Translations under genes and position numbers: made by a program
Part shown: one piece after another, positions 28,402 to 37,585 of the stretch
Numbering within the stretch: position 1 is the first letter of the stretch
Layout: each line of letters begins with the position of its first letter
Notes under the pieces: generated by a model
Database searches by the model: none
What the model saw: only the letters and a program-made list of their open reading frames with translations
Told to the model about the DNA's origin: nothing
Source of the DNA: Candidatus Eiseniibacteriota bacterium
Lineage (GTDB): Bacteria > Eisenbacteria > RBG-16-71-46 > JABDJR01 > JAWXBZ01
NCBI GenBank assembly: GCA_034440375.1
Contig: JAWXBZ010000085.1
Span: 1-41,448, forward strand
DNA length: 41,448 nucleotides
Direction of reading: 5' to 3'

Positions 28402-29336
28402 CGAGCGCCTCCGTTGACGGGCGGGGCGTCCAGGGTGGCCAGTAGCGCTTCCTCCAGCGTGGGTGCCTCGCGGTCGAGCTTGCGGATGGCAGCGCCGGAT
28501 TCGGCGGTTACCTTCCAGAATCGTTGGAGCGCGGCTTCGTCCACGGCCGCCAGGGTGAGGCGACCCTTGTCATCCAGCGCGGCGGGAACGCCGGCGGCCG
28601 AGAGGCGATCCGCGAGAGCTTGATCGAGGCCATCGCCGCTGGCGATGAATCGTGCCTCGCGGCCTTTCAGCATCGTGGATACGGGGCCGCAGAAGGCCAC
28701 CGTGCCGGCGTCGAGCAACAGCATTTCATCGCACAGGAATTCGGCGTCGGCCAGGATGTGGGTGCTGACGAGGATGCGGCGGCCTTCATCTCGCAGACCG
28801 CGGATCAGGTTCAACAATTGGGTGCGCCCGGGCGGGTCGAGGCCTACCGTGGGCTCATCCAGGATCAGGATCTCGGGATCGTGGACGAGGCTCATGGCCA
28901 TCTTGCAGCGCTGGCGCATTCCGGTGGAGTACTCGGCAGTGGGGCGGTAGCGCTCTTCGCCGACGTCGAGAGCATCCAGGGCGCGGTGGCCCCTTCGGAG
29001 TGCTTCGCGGCGGCTGAGGCCCGAGAGCATTCCGGCGAAGACGACCGCATCGACGCCGGAGCCGCCGGGGAAGATGCCGGCCTGCTCGGCCATGACGCCG
29101 GCTTTGGTGCGGATGGTCAGGGCGGCTTCGGGTTGCTTGAGGCCGAGGACGGTGACCTGTCCTTTCTGGGGGGCCAGGATGCCGAGGATGGCACCGATCA
29201 GCGTTGACTTGCCGGCTCCGTTGGCGCCCACGAGTCCGACCGCGCGCCCGTGGAGCGCGGCATTGATTCCCATGAGGACGGGTCGGCCACCGCGGGCCAG
29301 GTGCAGATCCTCGACCTGGATCCAGGGGGTGCTCAA
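28398..29336 (-). CDS. ABC transporter ATP-binding protein
   Basis: GANGAGKST, YSTGMRQR, ILDEPTVGLDP, STH; likely TTG start at 29336 overlapping the upstream TGA. Confidence 0.92.
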   Translation of the reverse strand: MSTPWIQVEDLHLARGGRPVLMGINAALHGRAVGLVGANGAGKSTLIGAILGILAPQKGQVTVLGLKQPEAALTIRTKAGVMAEQAGIFPGGSGVDAVVFAGMLSGLSRREALRRGHRALDALDVGEERYRPTAEYSTGMRQRCKMAMSLVHDPEILILDEPTVGLDPPGRTQLLNLIRGLRDEGRRILVSTHILADAEFLCDEMLLLDAGTVAFCGPVSTMLKGREARFIASGDGLDQALADRLSAAGVPAALDDKGRLTLAAVDEAALQRFWKVTAESGAAIRKLDREAPTLEEALLATLDAPPVNGGAR

Positions 29337-30076
29337 CAGAGCTCCGTGAGATCGCGGCGGCGGAAGATGAGCATGGTGGCCAGGAGCGCAATCACCGTGA
29401 TGACGACGAGAACGAGGACCGAAACCAGCCGATGCTCGGCCGGAACATTTGCGACGGGGATTTCGAAGAATTCCTGCATCCCCGCCAGCACCCGCACGTG
29501 ATACGACACCGACAGTCGACACAGCTCGAACGGAATCTTGGCGATCGACTCGTCGAAGAGGAAATACCAGAGGAGCCCGGCGGCCAGGCCGCGCGCGAGC
29601 AGCAACTGGATGAACCCGAACACGGCCGTGAAGGCCACGCCGCCGAGAGTGGCGGCCAGGAAGGGTGCCCCCAGGCTGGTGAGCGATTGTCCGCCGATCC
29701 ACCCCACGCCAACGACCATGATGCCGAACGCCAAACCGAACAGGAGGGCCGTGACGGCCGATCGGACCAGGGCCAGCGAATCGCGGGAGGCCGGGCCGAG
29801 CAGCGGGTACAGGATCGTGCGATGGCGGATCCCCTCGCGGAGCGGCAGCTCGGATACCAGCAGCGCGAAAATCGGTACGCCGGGCATCAGGAGTGCCTTG
29901 CCCATCTCGAAGGAGAGTTCCCCCTCGGTCCCGGCCGGGGCCCGACCGATCGTCCTTATGAGAAACGCAATCAGGTAGACGATGGCCACGCCGAGCAGCG
30001 AGAGCCGGAAGGCGGTGGTCCGTGGGAGGGGAAGGAGGTAGGAGCGGAGGGCGATGCCGAGTTCACGGGGAGTCAT
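29333..30076 (-). CDS. ABC-2 type transporter permease
   Basis: About six TM segments; E-x4-RTILYPL motif; C-terminal FRRRDL. Confidence 0.78.
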   Translation of the reverse strand: MTPRELGIALRSYLLPLPRTTAFRLSLLGVAIVYLIAFLIRTIGRAPAGTEGELSFEMGKALLMPGVPIFALLVSELPLREGIRHRTILYPLLGPASRDSLALVRSAVTALLFGLAFGIMVVGVGWIGGQSLTSLGAPFLAATLGGVAFTAVFGFIQLLLARGLAAGLLWYFLFDESIAKIPFELCRLSVSYHVRVLAGMQEFFEIPVANVPAEHRLVSVLVLVVITVIALLATMLIFRRRDLTELC

Positions 30077-30212
30077 GGGGGGAGTGTACGGAACCGGGGT
30101 GGGGGGCGTTGCATGGATTTGGGCTCAGGTGTGGCGGGCTTCGGAAGGGTGGTCTAATTGCTTGCTGCCGGCCCTACGGGCGCGGCAACTTTTTTGAAGC
30201 TGATTGCCGTGC

Positions 30213-30339
30213 CTACTCCGTCGAGTCATGGGTAGCCCAGAAATCGCGCTCCTCGTCCTCGGTCTTAAAGACCGGGATTAGCTCAAACTCTTGCATGGAC
30301 TTCGGCATACTTTCGACGCTCCTTCCGATTCATGTCACG
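30213..30339 (-). pseudogene. Remnant of a BrnT toxin / BrnA-CopG antitoxin pair
   Basis: 30283-30339 encodes RDMNRKERRKYAEVHARV-stop (BrnT-like C-terminus); 30213-30308 encodes MPKSMQEFELIPVFKTEDEERDFWATHDSTE-stop (antitoxin N-terminus, premature TAG). Confidence 0.7.
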
Positions 30340-30673
30340 CCGCGTCAACAGTCACGGTGTATCGAAGTCCCGCCCGATGAAGTTCATCCTGTAGCGCAAG
30401 CCGAACAAATTGGGGCTCCGCGTAACCCAGCAACAGGGACCATCGTGCCGCCCGTTCCGGACTGACGACCTTTCTGCCGTTTTCAATGTGAGATAGATGC
30501 TGCTTCGATATCCCAAGCAATTCAGCGAATTCTGCCTGCGTCTTGGCTTCTCCTTCGCGGATGGAACGAAGGAGTCTGGCAAGTGTGAGCGGGCCGCCGC
30601 GAAGACTTTCCAAAAAAGTCATCGCATCCGATGTTTGGCGTTTACGGCGCATGGTTTTTTTCTCAATAGACAT
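30335..30673 (-). CDS. XRE/HigA-like HTH antitoxin
   Basis: LRSIRE...TQAEFAELLGISKQHLSHIENGRK; directly downstream of a RelE-like toxin. Confidence 0.85.
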   Translation of the reverse strand: MSIEKKTMRRKRQTSDAMTFLESLRGGPLTLARLLRSIREGEAKTQAEFAELLGISKQHLSHIENGRKVVSPERAARWSLLLGYAEPQFVRLALQDELHRAGLRYTVTVDAA

Positions 30674-30944
30674 GGGGGGTAACCTCTTCAATGGACACGA
30701 ACTGAGCTATGCCATCCGTGCGGATCTCATAAATCGCCCGCCACTGGCGGCTGAGTCGAATGGACCGCTGGCCTCGTCGCTTCCCCTTCAGCGGCTCATC
30801 ATGGAAGCTTGGAACACGTCGAGTTGCTTCCAACCCCTCCTCCTCAACGGATTCAATCCACGCCATGAGCTTGTCAACAATGTGACCAGGAACCCGTCTA
30901 AGCTGCCGGCGAGCCTGTTCCGCGATAGTTGCTTGGAAGATCAC
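30663..30944 (-). CDS. RelE/HigB-like mRNA interferase toxin
   Basis: FHDEPLKGKRRGQRSIRLSRQWRAIY...EEVTPH-x-Y; toxin-first order. Confidence 0.85.
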   Translation of the reverse strand: MIFQATIAEQARRQLRRVPGHIVDKLMAWIESVEEEGLEATRRVPSFHDEPLKGKRRGQRSIRLSRQWRAIYEIRTDGIAQFVSIEEVTPHVY

Positions 30945-30950
30945 CTCTCG

Positions 30951-30979
30951 ATGGTAGCCCTTTAAGGGCTACTCCGCAA
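30951..30979 (-). promoter_or_regulatory. TA promoter with palindromic operator in the spacer
   Basis: Minus strand TTGCGG-17 nt-TACCAT-6 nt-GTG; perfect inverted repeat GTAGCCCTT-T-AAGGGCTAC at 30954-30972. Confidence 0.7.
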
Positions 30980-31083
30980 ACCGTTTCTTGTTCAGGCTCA
31001 CGATGATCGAATTTCGAACTAACCAGTTGCAGTTAAATGCATTACATGGGTTTACCCTGTGATCCACCCCCAAAATCCATTCC

Positions 31084-31113
31084 TTGCCCTACCCCCACCA
31101 AACCCCTTATACT
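31084..31113 (+). promoter_or_regulatory. Sigma70-type promoter of the ffh operon
   Basis: TTGCCC-18 nt-TATACT about 40 nt upstream of the ffh ATG. Confidence 0.55.
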
Positions 31114-31154
31114 GCTCACCCTTTGCTTTTGGCCCTCCCCGGTGATTGGATGCC

Positions 31155-32480
31155 ATGTTTGAGGATCTTTCGGGCAAGCTTGATGGGATATTTCGCCGGC
31201 TTCGGGGCATGGGGACGCTTAGTGATGAGAACATAAAGGAGACGCTGCGCGAGGTGCGGCGGGCCCTTCTTGAGGCCGACGTCAACTATAAGGTGGCGAA
31301 GGACTTCGTGGAGGCGGTTCGGGAGAAGGCGGTTGGGCAGGAGGTGCTCAAGTCGCTGACGCCCGGGCAGTTGGTGGTGAAGCTGGTTCATGATCAGATG
31401 GTCGAATTGCTGGGTGGGGCGTCGGCTCCCCTGGCTCGGGCGCCGAAGGCGCCGACCATCATTATGGTTGTGGGGTTGCAGGGGTCGGGCAAGACCACCT
31501 TCTGCGGCAAGTTGGCCACCTGGTTCAAGAAGAAAAATCAACGTGTGTTGATGGCGGCTTGCGATATCTACCGTCCTGCGGCCATTGACCAGTTGGAGCT
31601 GGTGGGGAAGCAGGCGGGCGTGCCGGTTTACTCGGCGCGCGGTTCGAAACCGCTTGAGATCGTGAAGGGCGCGTTGGAGGCAGCCTATAAGGATGTCTCT
31701 GACGTTGTCATTATTGATACGGCGGGTCGTCTGCATATCGATGATTCGTTGATGGCCGAGTTGAGCGAGCTCAAGGCGGCTTACAAGCCCAATGAAATTC
31801 TGCTCGTTGTGGATGGCATGACGGGGCAGGACGCGGTCAACGTGAGCCAGACGTTTCAGGAACGGCTCGGGTTTGACGGCGTGGTGCTGACGAAGATGGA
31901 CGGCGATGCCCGCGGTGGCGCGGCGCTTTCCATTCGGTCCGTGACGGGTGTTCCGATCAAGTTTGTCGGCACGGGGGAAAAACTCGAGGCTCTCGAGGAA
32001 TTTCACCCGGACCGACTGGCCGGCCGCATCCTGGGCATGGGCGATATTGTCAGCCTGGTCGAACGGGCCCAGGAGGTCGTCGATTTTGATGCGGCGGCCA
32101 AGCTGGAGGACAAGCTTCGGCGTGAGGAATTCACGTTCGAGGACTTCCTCGCGCAGATGCAGCAGATGAAAAAGATGGGTCCTCTCGAGGACCTGATGAA
32201 GATGATTCCCGGAGTGGGCAACAAGCTCCAGGGGATGTCGTTCGATGACAGGGCCCTGACGAAGATCGAGGCGATCATTCGTTCGATGACGCGTAACGAG
32301 CGGCATCGGCCCAGGATCATCGACGGCAGCCGTCGTCGGCGGATTGCGCTGGGGAGCGGCAGCTCCGTGCAGGAGGTCAATCGCCTCCTGAAGGAGTTCG
32401 AGGGCATGCAGAAGATGGTCAAGATGTTCGGCAAGATGGGCAAGAGCGGCAAGAAGCTGGCCATGCCCTTTCCCCGATAG
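31155..32480 (+). CDS. ffh: Signal recognition particle protein Ffh
   Basis: ALLEADV, GLQGSGKTT, DIYRPAA, DTAGR, TKMDGDARGG, RILGMGD, Met-rich M domain. Confidence 0.98.
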   Translation: MFEDLSGKLDGIFRRLRGMGTLSDENIKETLREVRRALLEADVNYKVAKDFVEAVREKAVGQEVLKSLTPGQLVVKLVHDQMVELLGGASAPLARAPKAPTIIMVVGLQGSGKTTFCGKLATWFKKKNQRVLMAACDIYRPAAIDQLELVGKQAGVPVYSARGSKPLEIVKGALEAAYKDVSDVVIIDTAGRLHIDDSLMAELSELKAAYKPNEILLVVDGMTGQDAVNVSQTFQERLGFDGVVLTKMDGDARGGAALSIRSVTGVPIKFVGTGEKLEALEEFHPDRLAGRILGMGDIVSLVERAQEVVDFDAAAKLEDKLRREEFTFEDFLAQMQQMKKMGPLEDLMKMIPGVGNKLQGMSFDDRALTKIEAIIRSMTRNERHRPRIIDGSRRRRIALGSGSSVQEVNRLLKEFEGMQKMVKMFGKMGKSGKKLAMPFPR

Positions 32481-32563
32481 ATAAGTAACGGCCAGGCGGC
32501 CTCGCAGGTCTGCCGGGTTGCGGTAATGCCCCGATCGAAACATGGTGAACGAAGGAGGACGAT

Positions 32564-33097
32564 TTGTCGGTCAAGATTCGGATGAAGCGCGGAGGGACGA
32601 CGAACCGGCCCTTCTATCGCGTGGTGGTCATCGATTCGCGCATGCAGCGCGACGGTCGGTTCATCGAGGAACTCGGCTTTTACGATCCGATCGAGAAGCC
32701 CCAGGTTTTCAATGTCGACCGCGACCGCGTGGCCCATTGGATAACCATGGGCGCGCAGCCCTCGGACACGGTTCGCACGCTGCTCAAGAACCCGAACAAC
32801 ACGTTTGCAGTCAAGACCCAGAACCGGGATTTCACGCCCGGACCGACCCGGCCAAAGCCGGTGCGCAGCGAAAGCGATTCGCAGCCATCGGGTGATCGCC
32901 GTGGCGGCGGTCGTGATGGTGGACGGGGTGGTCGTGGTGGTCCGGGCGGCGGTCGCTTTGGTGGTGGCGGTGGTCGCGGTGGCAACATGGGCGGCCGGCA
33001 TGCCCCGGGCGGACGGCCTGGCGGCGATCGCAACCCGGCTCCGGCAGTGGCCACGCCTCCCGCGGCACCCGCGGGCGGAGAGACCCCGGCCGAATAA
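32564..33097 (+). CDS. rpsP: 30S ribosomal protein S16 with long Gly/Arg-rich extension
   Basis: VKIRMKRGG...PFYRVVV-x-DSR-x2-RDG...LGFYDP...[14 protein letters not shown] before TTG start. Confidence 0.95.
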   Translation: MSVKIRMKRGGTTNRPFYRVVVIDSRMQRDGRFIEELGFYDPIEKPQVFNVDRDRVAHWITMGAQPSDTVRTLLKNPNNTFAVKTQNRDFTPGPTRPKPVRSESDSQPSGDRRGGGRDGGRGGRGGPGGGRFGGGGGRGGNMGGRHAPGGRPGGDRNPAPAVATPPAAPAGGETPAE

Positions 33098-33619
33098 GTG
33101 AACGACAGTCGGGTCACGCTCGGGCGGATCATCGGAGTACACGGCCTGGCCGGTGAGCTGGTGGTCAAAACCGAGAGCGATGATCCGTTGAATCTTCGGC
33201 GTTACCGGTCGTTCCAGTGGAACGAGCCGGGCGGCCGGCAGGGACGGACTCGATCGATTGAAATGACCGAGTGCCGCGTCCATCGGGGCGCGGCGCTGGT
33301 CTCGTTCGAAGGGATCGAGGGACGGGAGGCCGCAGAGGAACTGGTCGGCGGCACGCTCTGCATTCCGCGAAGTGAACTGCTGCCACCACCGGACGACGCG
33401 TTCTACGTGGCGGACCTGATGGGCCTGACAGTGGTGACGGTGGCAGGAGAAACTGTGGGACCGTTGACCGCGGTGTATCCGGGCAACGGGCATGACGTAT
33501 ACGGGGTGGACAAGGGGGGGCGCGAGGTCCTGATTCCGGCGGTGGAACCCATCGTCGTGGCCATCGACCTGAACGCCCGCCAGATGACCATTGATCCACC
33601 GGAGGGGCTTCTGGATTGA
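33098..33619 (+). CDS. rimM: Ribosome maturation factor RimM
   Basis: GRIIGVHGLAGE, FYVADLMGL, HDVY, EVLIPAV, PPEGLLD; operon position. Confidence 0.92.
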   Translation: MNDSRVTLGRIIGVHGLAGELVVKTESDDPLNLRRYRSFQWNEPGGRQGRTRSIEMTECRVHRGAALVSFEGIEGREAAEELVGGTLCIPRSELLPPPDDAFYVADLMGLTVVTVAGETVGPLTAVYPGNGHDVYGVDKGGREVLIPAVEPIVVAIDLNARQMTIDPPEGLLD

Positions 33620-34392
33620 ACGTCGCCATTCTGACGGTCTTTCCGCGCTTCTTCGACAGCCCGTTTGGCGAGGGAATGATTCGAATCGCCCGGCGGGACG
33701 AGAAACTGAACGTTCAGGTGATCGACCTTCGTGATCACACGGATGACGCGCATCGCACGACGGATGACACCATGTACGGCGGCGGCGCCGGAATGGTGAT
33801 GACCTGCGATCCGATCGTGCGGGCCTGGGAAGGATTGCCGCCGGAGTTTCGGCGGCGGACGCTCCTGACCTCGGCGCGGGGCCGGCGGTTCGATGAACCG
33901 ATGGCCCGTGAACTGGCGGACGCGGATGGGTTCACCATCATCTGCGGCCGGTACAAGGGTGTCGACGAGCGCGTGATCGCGCTCACCGGCGCCGAAGAGG
34001 TTTCGATAGGGGATTACGTGTTGTCGGGCGGCGAACCCGCCGCCCTGGTCATGGTCGATGCGGCTGTCCGGCACGTGCCGGGGGTCCTCGGCGACTATGA
34101 CAGCGCCGTGGAAGACTCGTTTTACGAGGGTCTCCTCGGGTACCCGGTCTATTCACGACCGGAGGCGTACCGCGGGCTCATCGTGCCCGAGGTGCTGATG
34201 TCCGGCCATCACGCCAGGATCGAGGGGTGGCGGCGGGAACAGATGTTGAAAGCAACGCGCGAGCGGCGGCCCGATCTTCTGGATCGGATCCAACTCAAGC
34301 CGGAGGACAGGAAGGTGCTGGCCCGTCTTCAAGCGGAAGAGGGGCAAGCCAGGATTGGATCGGTTGATCCGGGGAAAGGACCAGAGTCATGA
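33616..34392 (+). CDS. trmD: tRNA (guanine37-N1)-methyltransferase TrmD
   Basis: DD-x2-[40 protein letters not shown]. Confidence 0.97.
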   Translation: MNVAILTVFPRFFDSPFGEGMIRIARRDEKLNVQVIDLRDHTDDAHRTTDDTMYGGGAGMVMTCDPIVRAWEGLPPEFRRRTLLTSARGRRFDEPMARELADADGFTIICGRYKGVDERVIALTGAEEVSIGDYVLSGGEPAALVMVDAAVRHVPGVLGDYDSAVEDSFYEGLLGYPVYSRPEAYRGLIVPEVLMSGHHARIEGWRREQMLKATRERRPDLLDRIQLKPEDRKVLARLQAEEGQARIGSVDPGKGPES

Positions 34393-34829
34393 ATCGCCAG
34401 CAGATGATCGAAAAGGTTGAGCGGTCGCAGATCCGCGACATCGGAGCCACGCCGCGACCCGGCGACACCGTGAAAGTGCACGTCAAGGTCATCGAGGGCG
34501 ACAAGCGCCGAATCCAGATCTTTCAGGGCATCATCATCAATGTCCGCGGCGAAGGGGCCCGCAAGACCTTCACGGTCCGCAAGGTGTCCATGGGTGTGGC
34601 CATCGAGCGCATCTTCCCGTTCTACAGCCCCTCCGTCGACAAGCTCGAAGTGGTCCGCACCGGCAAGGTGCGTCGGGCGAAGCTGTTCTATCTTCGCGGC
34701 AAGACCGGCAAGGCCGCCAAGGTGGCCGAGGGCGAGGAAATGAAGGCCGCTCCCAAGTCGGCCAAGGTGAAGGTGGCCGTGCCCGAGTCGATCGAGCCGG
34801 AGGCCGTCGCTCTGGAAACGGCCGAGTAA
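34389..34829 (+). CDS. rplS: 50S ribosomal protein L19
   Basis: [38 protein letters not shown]. Confidence 0.97.
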   Translation: MNRQQMIEKVERSQIRDIGATPRPGDTVKVHVKVIEGDKRRIQIFQGIIINVRGEGARKTFTVRKVSMGVAIERIFPFYSPSVDKLEVVRTGKVRRAKLFYLRGKTGKAAKVAEGEEMKAAPKSAKVKVAVPESIEPEAVALETAE

Positions 34830-34898
34830 GCCCAACCGCATTTTCCCCGTAGACAGCTCGAGCAACCCTCCCTCAGACTGCATGGCCGGAGGGCGGCG

Positions 34899-35546
34899 AT
34901 GGCGACGAACGGGCGGGGCAAGCACGATCGGTACGGCTTTGATCAGGAATTGCGGCAACGATACGCCGTGACCTTTCTGGCCGGTGTGGATGAAGTTGGT
35001 CGCGGGCCGCTGGCCGGGCCGGTCGTGGCGGCGGCGGTCATCCTGCCGGCCGATGTCGATGTGCCCGGGGCCGATGATTCCAAGCGCCTGACTCCGGCCC
35101 AGCGTGTCCTCGTGGCCATCGAGGTGCGTCGCGTGGCACTGGCCATCGGATTTGGCTGCGTGAGTCCGGCCGTCATCGACCGGATCAACATTCTCGAAGC
35201 CACCCGCCTGGCGATGCGACGGGCGCTTGCGGCGCTGTCACCGGCGCCGCATCTGATCGTCGTCGACGGCTGGCCACTGCCGGCTTCCCCGTTCCGGCAG
35301 GAAGCGCTGCCAAGGGCGGACAGCCTGAGCCTGGCTGTGGCCTGCGCCTCCGTCGTGGCCAAAGTCCGCCGCGATCGGCTGATGGCTCGTTACGGACGCG
35401 TATTCCCCCAGTACGATTTCGGCGGCAACAAGGGGTACCCCACGCCCGGGCACAAGCAGGCGCTCGAGCGCCATGGCCCGTGCCTGCTCCACCGGCAATC
35501 GTTCGCGCCGGGGTCGCAGCTTCGGTTACTGCTCGCCGCCACCTAA
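34899..35546 (+). CDS. rnhB: Ribonuclease HII
   Basis: GVDEVGRGPLAGPV, DDSKRL, VDG, ASVVAKVRRD, NKGYPT, HRQSF. Confidence 0.96.
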   Translation: MATNGRGKHDRYGFDQELRQRYAVTFLAGVDEVGRGPLAGPVVAAAVILPADVDVPGADDSKRLTPAQRVLVAIEVRRVALAIGFGCVSPAVIDRINILEATRLAMRRALAALSPAPHLIVVDGWPLPASPFRQEALPRADSLSLAVACASVVAKVRRDRLMARYGRVFPQYDFGGNKGYPTPGHKQALERHGPCLLHRQSFAPGSQLRLLLAAT

Positions 35547-35656
35547 CCGGTACCCATTCTCGAGGTGCCCCGTCCGGGCTCCCGCTCCCGTCATCGAGTT
35601 CGTCCCCGTTGTTCCTTCGTTCCCGTCCCCGGAACCCGTCCGGGAGATGACCCAAC

Positions 35657-36403
35657 ATGCATCGCACACACATGTCGACGACCGGCCTCCTCATGGCCGG
35701 TGGAATTCTCGTGCTCTCGATCACCGCGACGCCGACCATCGCCGGACCGCCCGACGGGGTGGCTCTCGTGCTCGGCGCCACCATTCATCCCGCGGACGAC
35801 AGCTTTACGCTGCCGCATCCGCTGTCCCCAAAGGACCTCGTTCGAACAAGCGTGGCGTCCCCGGGGCTCTATGATATCTGGTTCTACTTGTTTTCGCGTC
35901 GGCCGCTGGTCGGGGCCTGGACGGTTGATTTCGCTCTGGAGTTTGACCGGCGGCCCGGGCATGGCATCGACATCGAGTGGTGGGAATCACTGGCCCACCG
36001 GGCCGCGCCGCACCAAGGATGGCCCGACGCGGGACCCGATCATGGCATCCGCCTGGAGTGGATCCGGCCCGATTGTTTTGATGCGGCGCATCGGGATCTC
36101 CTTGCGGGGCGGGACGGCTGGTTTCGGCAGTCAGCCTTGCGCCTTCGGGTGCGAGTGCATGGTCCGGACGCGCTGTACCTGGCCGACCCCGAGCCGGGGG
36201 TCAGAGCGCAGCTGGTTCAGTGCTTCGACGATGCCTTCCGCCTGGACGGGGAGGACGGCTGGACGCGCTACGACGGACCGGTCTTCACCGCTGTCGAATC
36301 GGCGAACGCGGTGAAGCCTGTTCCGGAATGGCAGACACCGGTACGCACCATCACCTGGGGCGACCTCAAGACACGAATGGACTTCGACGGGAGGCGCCCA
36401 TGA
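35657..36403 (+). CDS. Hypothetical secreted protein with TWG-x-LK C-terminal tail
   Basis: Signal-peptide-like N-terminus; ends PVRTITWGDLKTRM...; stop overlaps the yraN start. Confidence 0.6.
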   Translation: MHRTHMSTTGLLMAGGILVLSITATPTIAGPPDGVALVLGATIHPADDSFTLPHPLSPKDLVRTSVASPGLYDIWFYLFSRRPLVGAWTVDFALEFDRRPGHGIDIEWWESLAHRAAPHQGWPDAGPDHGIRLEWIRPDCFDAAHRDLLAGRDGWFRQSALRLRVRVHGPDALYLADPEPGVRAQLVQCFDDAFRLDGEDGWTRYDGPVFTAVESANAVKPVPEWQTPVRTITWGDLKTRMDFDGRRP

Positions 36404-36810
36404 CAGCTGCCGCCTCCGACCGGCCGTCCACTGGCCTGCGAAAATCGCGCGGTGCTGCCGCCGAATCGATGGCCGTGGCCTATCTCGAATTGCGCGGCTA
36501 CCGAATCCTGGCCCGGAACTGGCGTGACGGGCCCCGGGAGATCGACATCATCGTCGAGGTTGGCCGCCTGGTGGCCTTCATCGAGGTAAAGTTTCGGGCC
36601 AGTGATCGCTTCGGCGGGGCGCGGCTGGCCCTGCGGCCGCAACAACGGCTGGACCTCGAGCGCGCGGCGGTGGCGTTCCTGAAATCGGCAGGCCGAAGCG
36701 ATCGCTCGGTTCGATTCGACCTGGTCGGCATTGAGTTCGACGGTGAAGATGGACTACGACTGGCACATCTCAAGGGGGCCTACGGCGCCAGCCGTCGTTT
36801 CTACCTCTAA
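36400..36810 (+). CDS. yraN: YraN (UPF0102) family endonuclease-like protein
   Basis: G-x2-AE-x2-A-x2-YL-x3-GYRILARNWR...EIDII...FIEVK-x-R...RFDLV; start ATG 36400. Confidence 0.9.
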   Translation: MTAAASDRPSTGLRKSRGAAAESMAVAYLELRGYRILARNWRDGPREIDIIVEVGRLVAFIEVKFRASDRFGGARLALRPQQRLDLERAAVAFLKSAGRSDRSVRFDLVGIEFDGEDGLRLAHLKGAYGASRRFYL

Positions 36811-36851
36811 CTGGCCGGGCCTTCGATGACGGAGGCGGCTATCGAACACGT

Positions 36852-36892
36852 AAACGAAAGGGCCGCCGGTGCTGAAATCACACCGGCGGCCC
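36852..36892 (-). terminator. Intrinsic terminator of the minus-strand gene
   Basis: 12-bp stem GGGCCGCCGGTG/CACCGGCGGCCC; minus-strand tail TTTCGTTT. Confidence 0.7.
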
Positions 36893-36912
36893 AGAATTTC
36901 AAGATATCAAAC

Positions 36913-37497
36913 TCAGGAGCGGAACAGGGCCTTGATCGAGCTCCAGCTTTTTCCCTCAACCGGAACCGGTGCGCAGGCGGGGCCCATCGTGGTGCCACTG
37001 ACGACGATGCGCGCTCCCTTGGCGGCCCAGGCAACGCTGGTTTCGGTGCCGCTGGCCACGAAGCTGAACTCGTCGCACTCGCCGTCCATGTTGATGGCAT
37101 TGCCGCCGACGAAATCCCACTTGAGGCCCGAGATGCCCGTGGTCAGGTCCTTGCCGACTTCTGAGTGGTAGGTCGACATGAGGCCACCGCCAATGTTGGT
37201 GTTGTCGCTGCTCTGCTGTGAGATTTGCGAGAGGCTCTGCGTTGTCTGAGTGCAGAGTGCCAGCGTCCAGTGGCTGAGGCCACGGTTGATGCAGTTCGTG
37301 CCAGTCACCTTATACGACCAGCGGTAGTACTGAACGCCACTCACGTTTTGAACCGGCACGCGGCCAAGGTAGTCGACGCGGATGTCGAAACAGGCCATGT
37401 TGTTTGTGCCATCGGCCCCGGCCAACCTGGGCAGGGCGACCGTCACGATTAAGGCAAGTGTCGCGGCAAGGCAGCGACGTGCAAGCAAGAATGCCAT
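36913..37497 (-). CDS. Hypothetical secreted Cys-containing protein with SWS-x-IK C-terminal tail
   Basis: AGGAGG RBS; signal peptide ending AGA; LSHW motif; ends PVPVEGKSWSSIKALFRS. Confidence 0.75.
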   Translation of the reverse strand: MAFLLARRCLAATLALIVTVALPRLAGADGTNNMACFDIRVDYLGRVPVQNVSGVQYYRWSYKVTGTNCINRGLSHWTLALCTQTTQSLSQISQQSSDNTNIGGGLMSTYHSEVGKDLTTGISGLKWDFVGGNAINMDGECDEFSFVASGTETSVAWAAKGARIVVSGTTMGPACAPVPVEGKSWSSIKALFRS

Positions 37498-37585
37498 CTA
37501 TTCCTCCTAATGAATTTCATATCTCGGTGCGAGGTCCCTGGAACGGGATGGCTCTGGATGAAACCGTTGACAAAGGATATTGATA

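Noticed and set aside
30980-31140. Possible oriC or dif site at the island edge
   Set aside because: Only one weak DnaA-box-like 9-mer (TGATCCACC) and no XerC/XerD consensus; explained by promoters.
32890-33000. GGT/GGC-rich tandem-like repeats
   Set aside because: Gly/Arg codons of the S16 tail; not a CRISPR or VNTR. No CRISPR array, tRNA or rRNA was recognised in the window.
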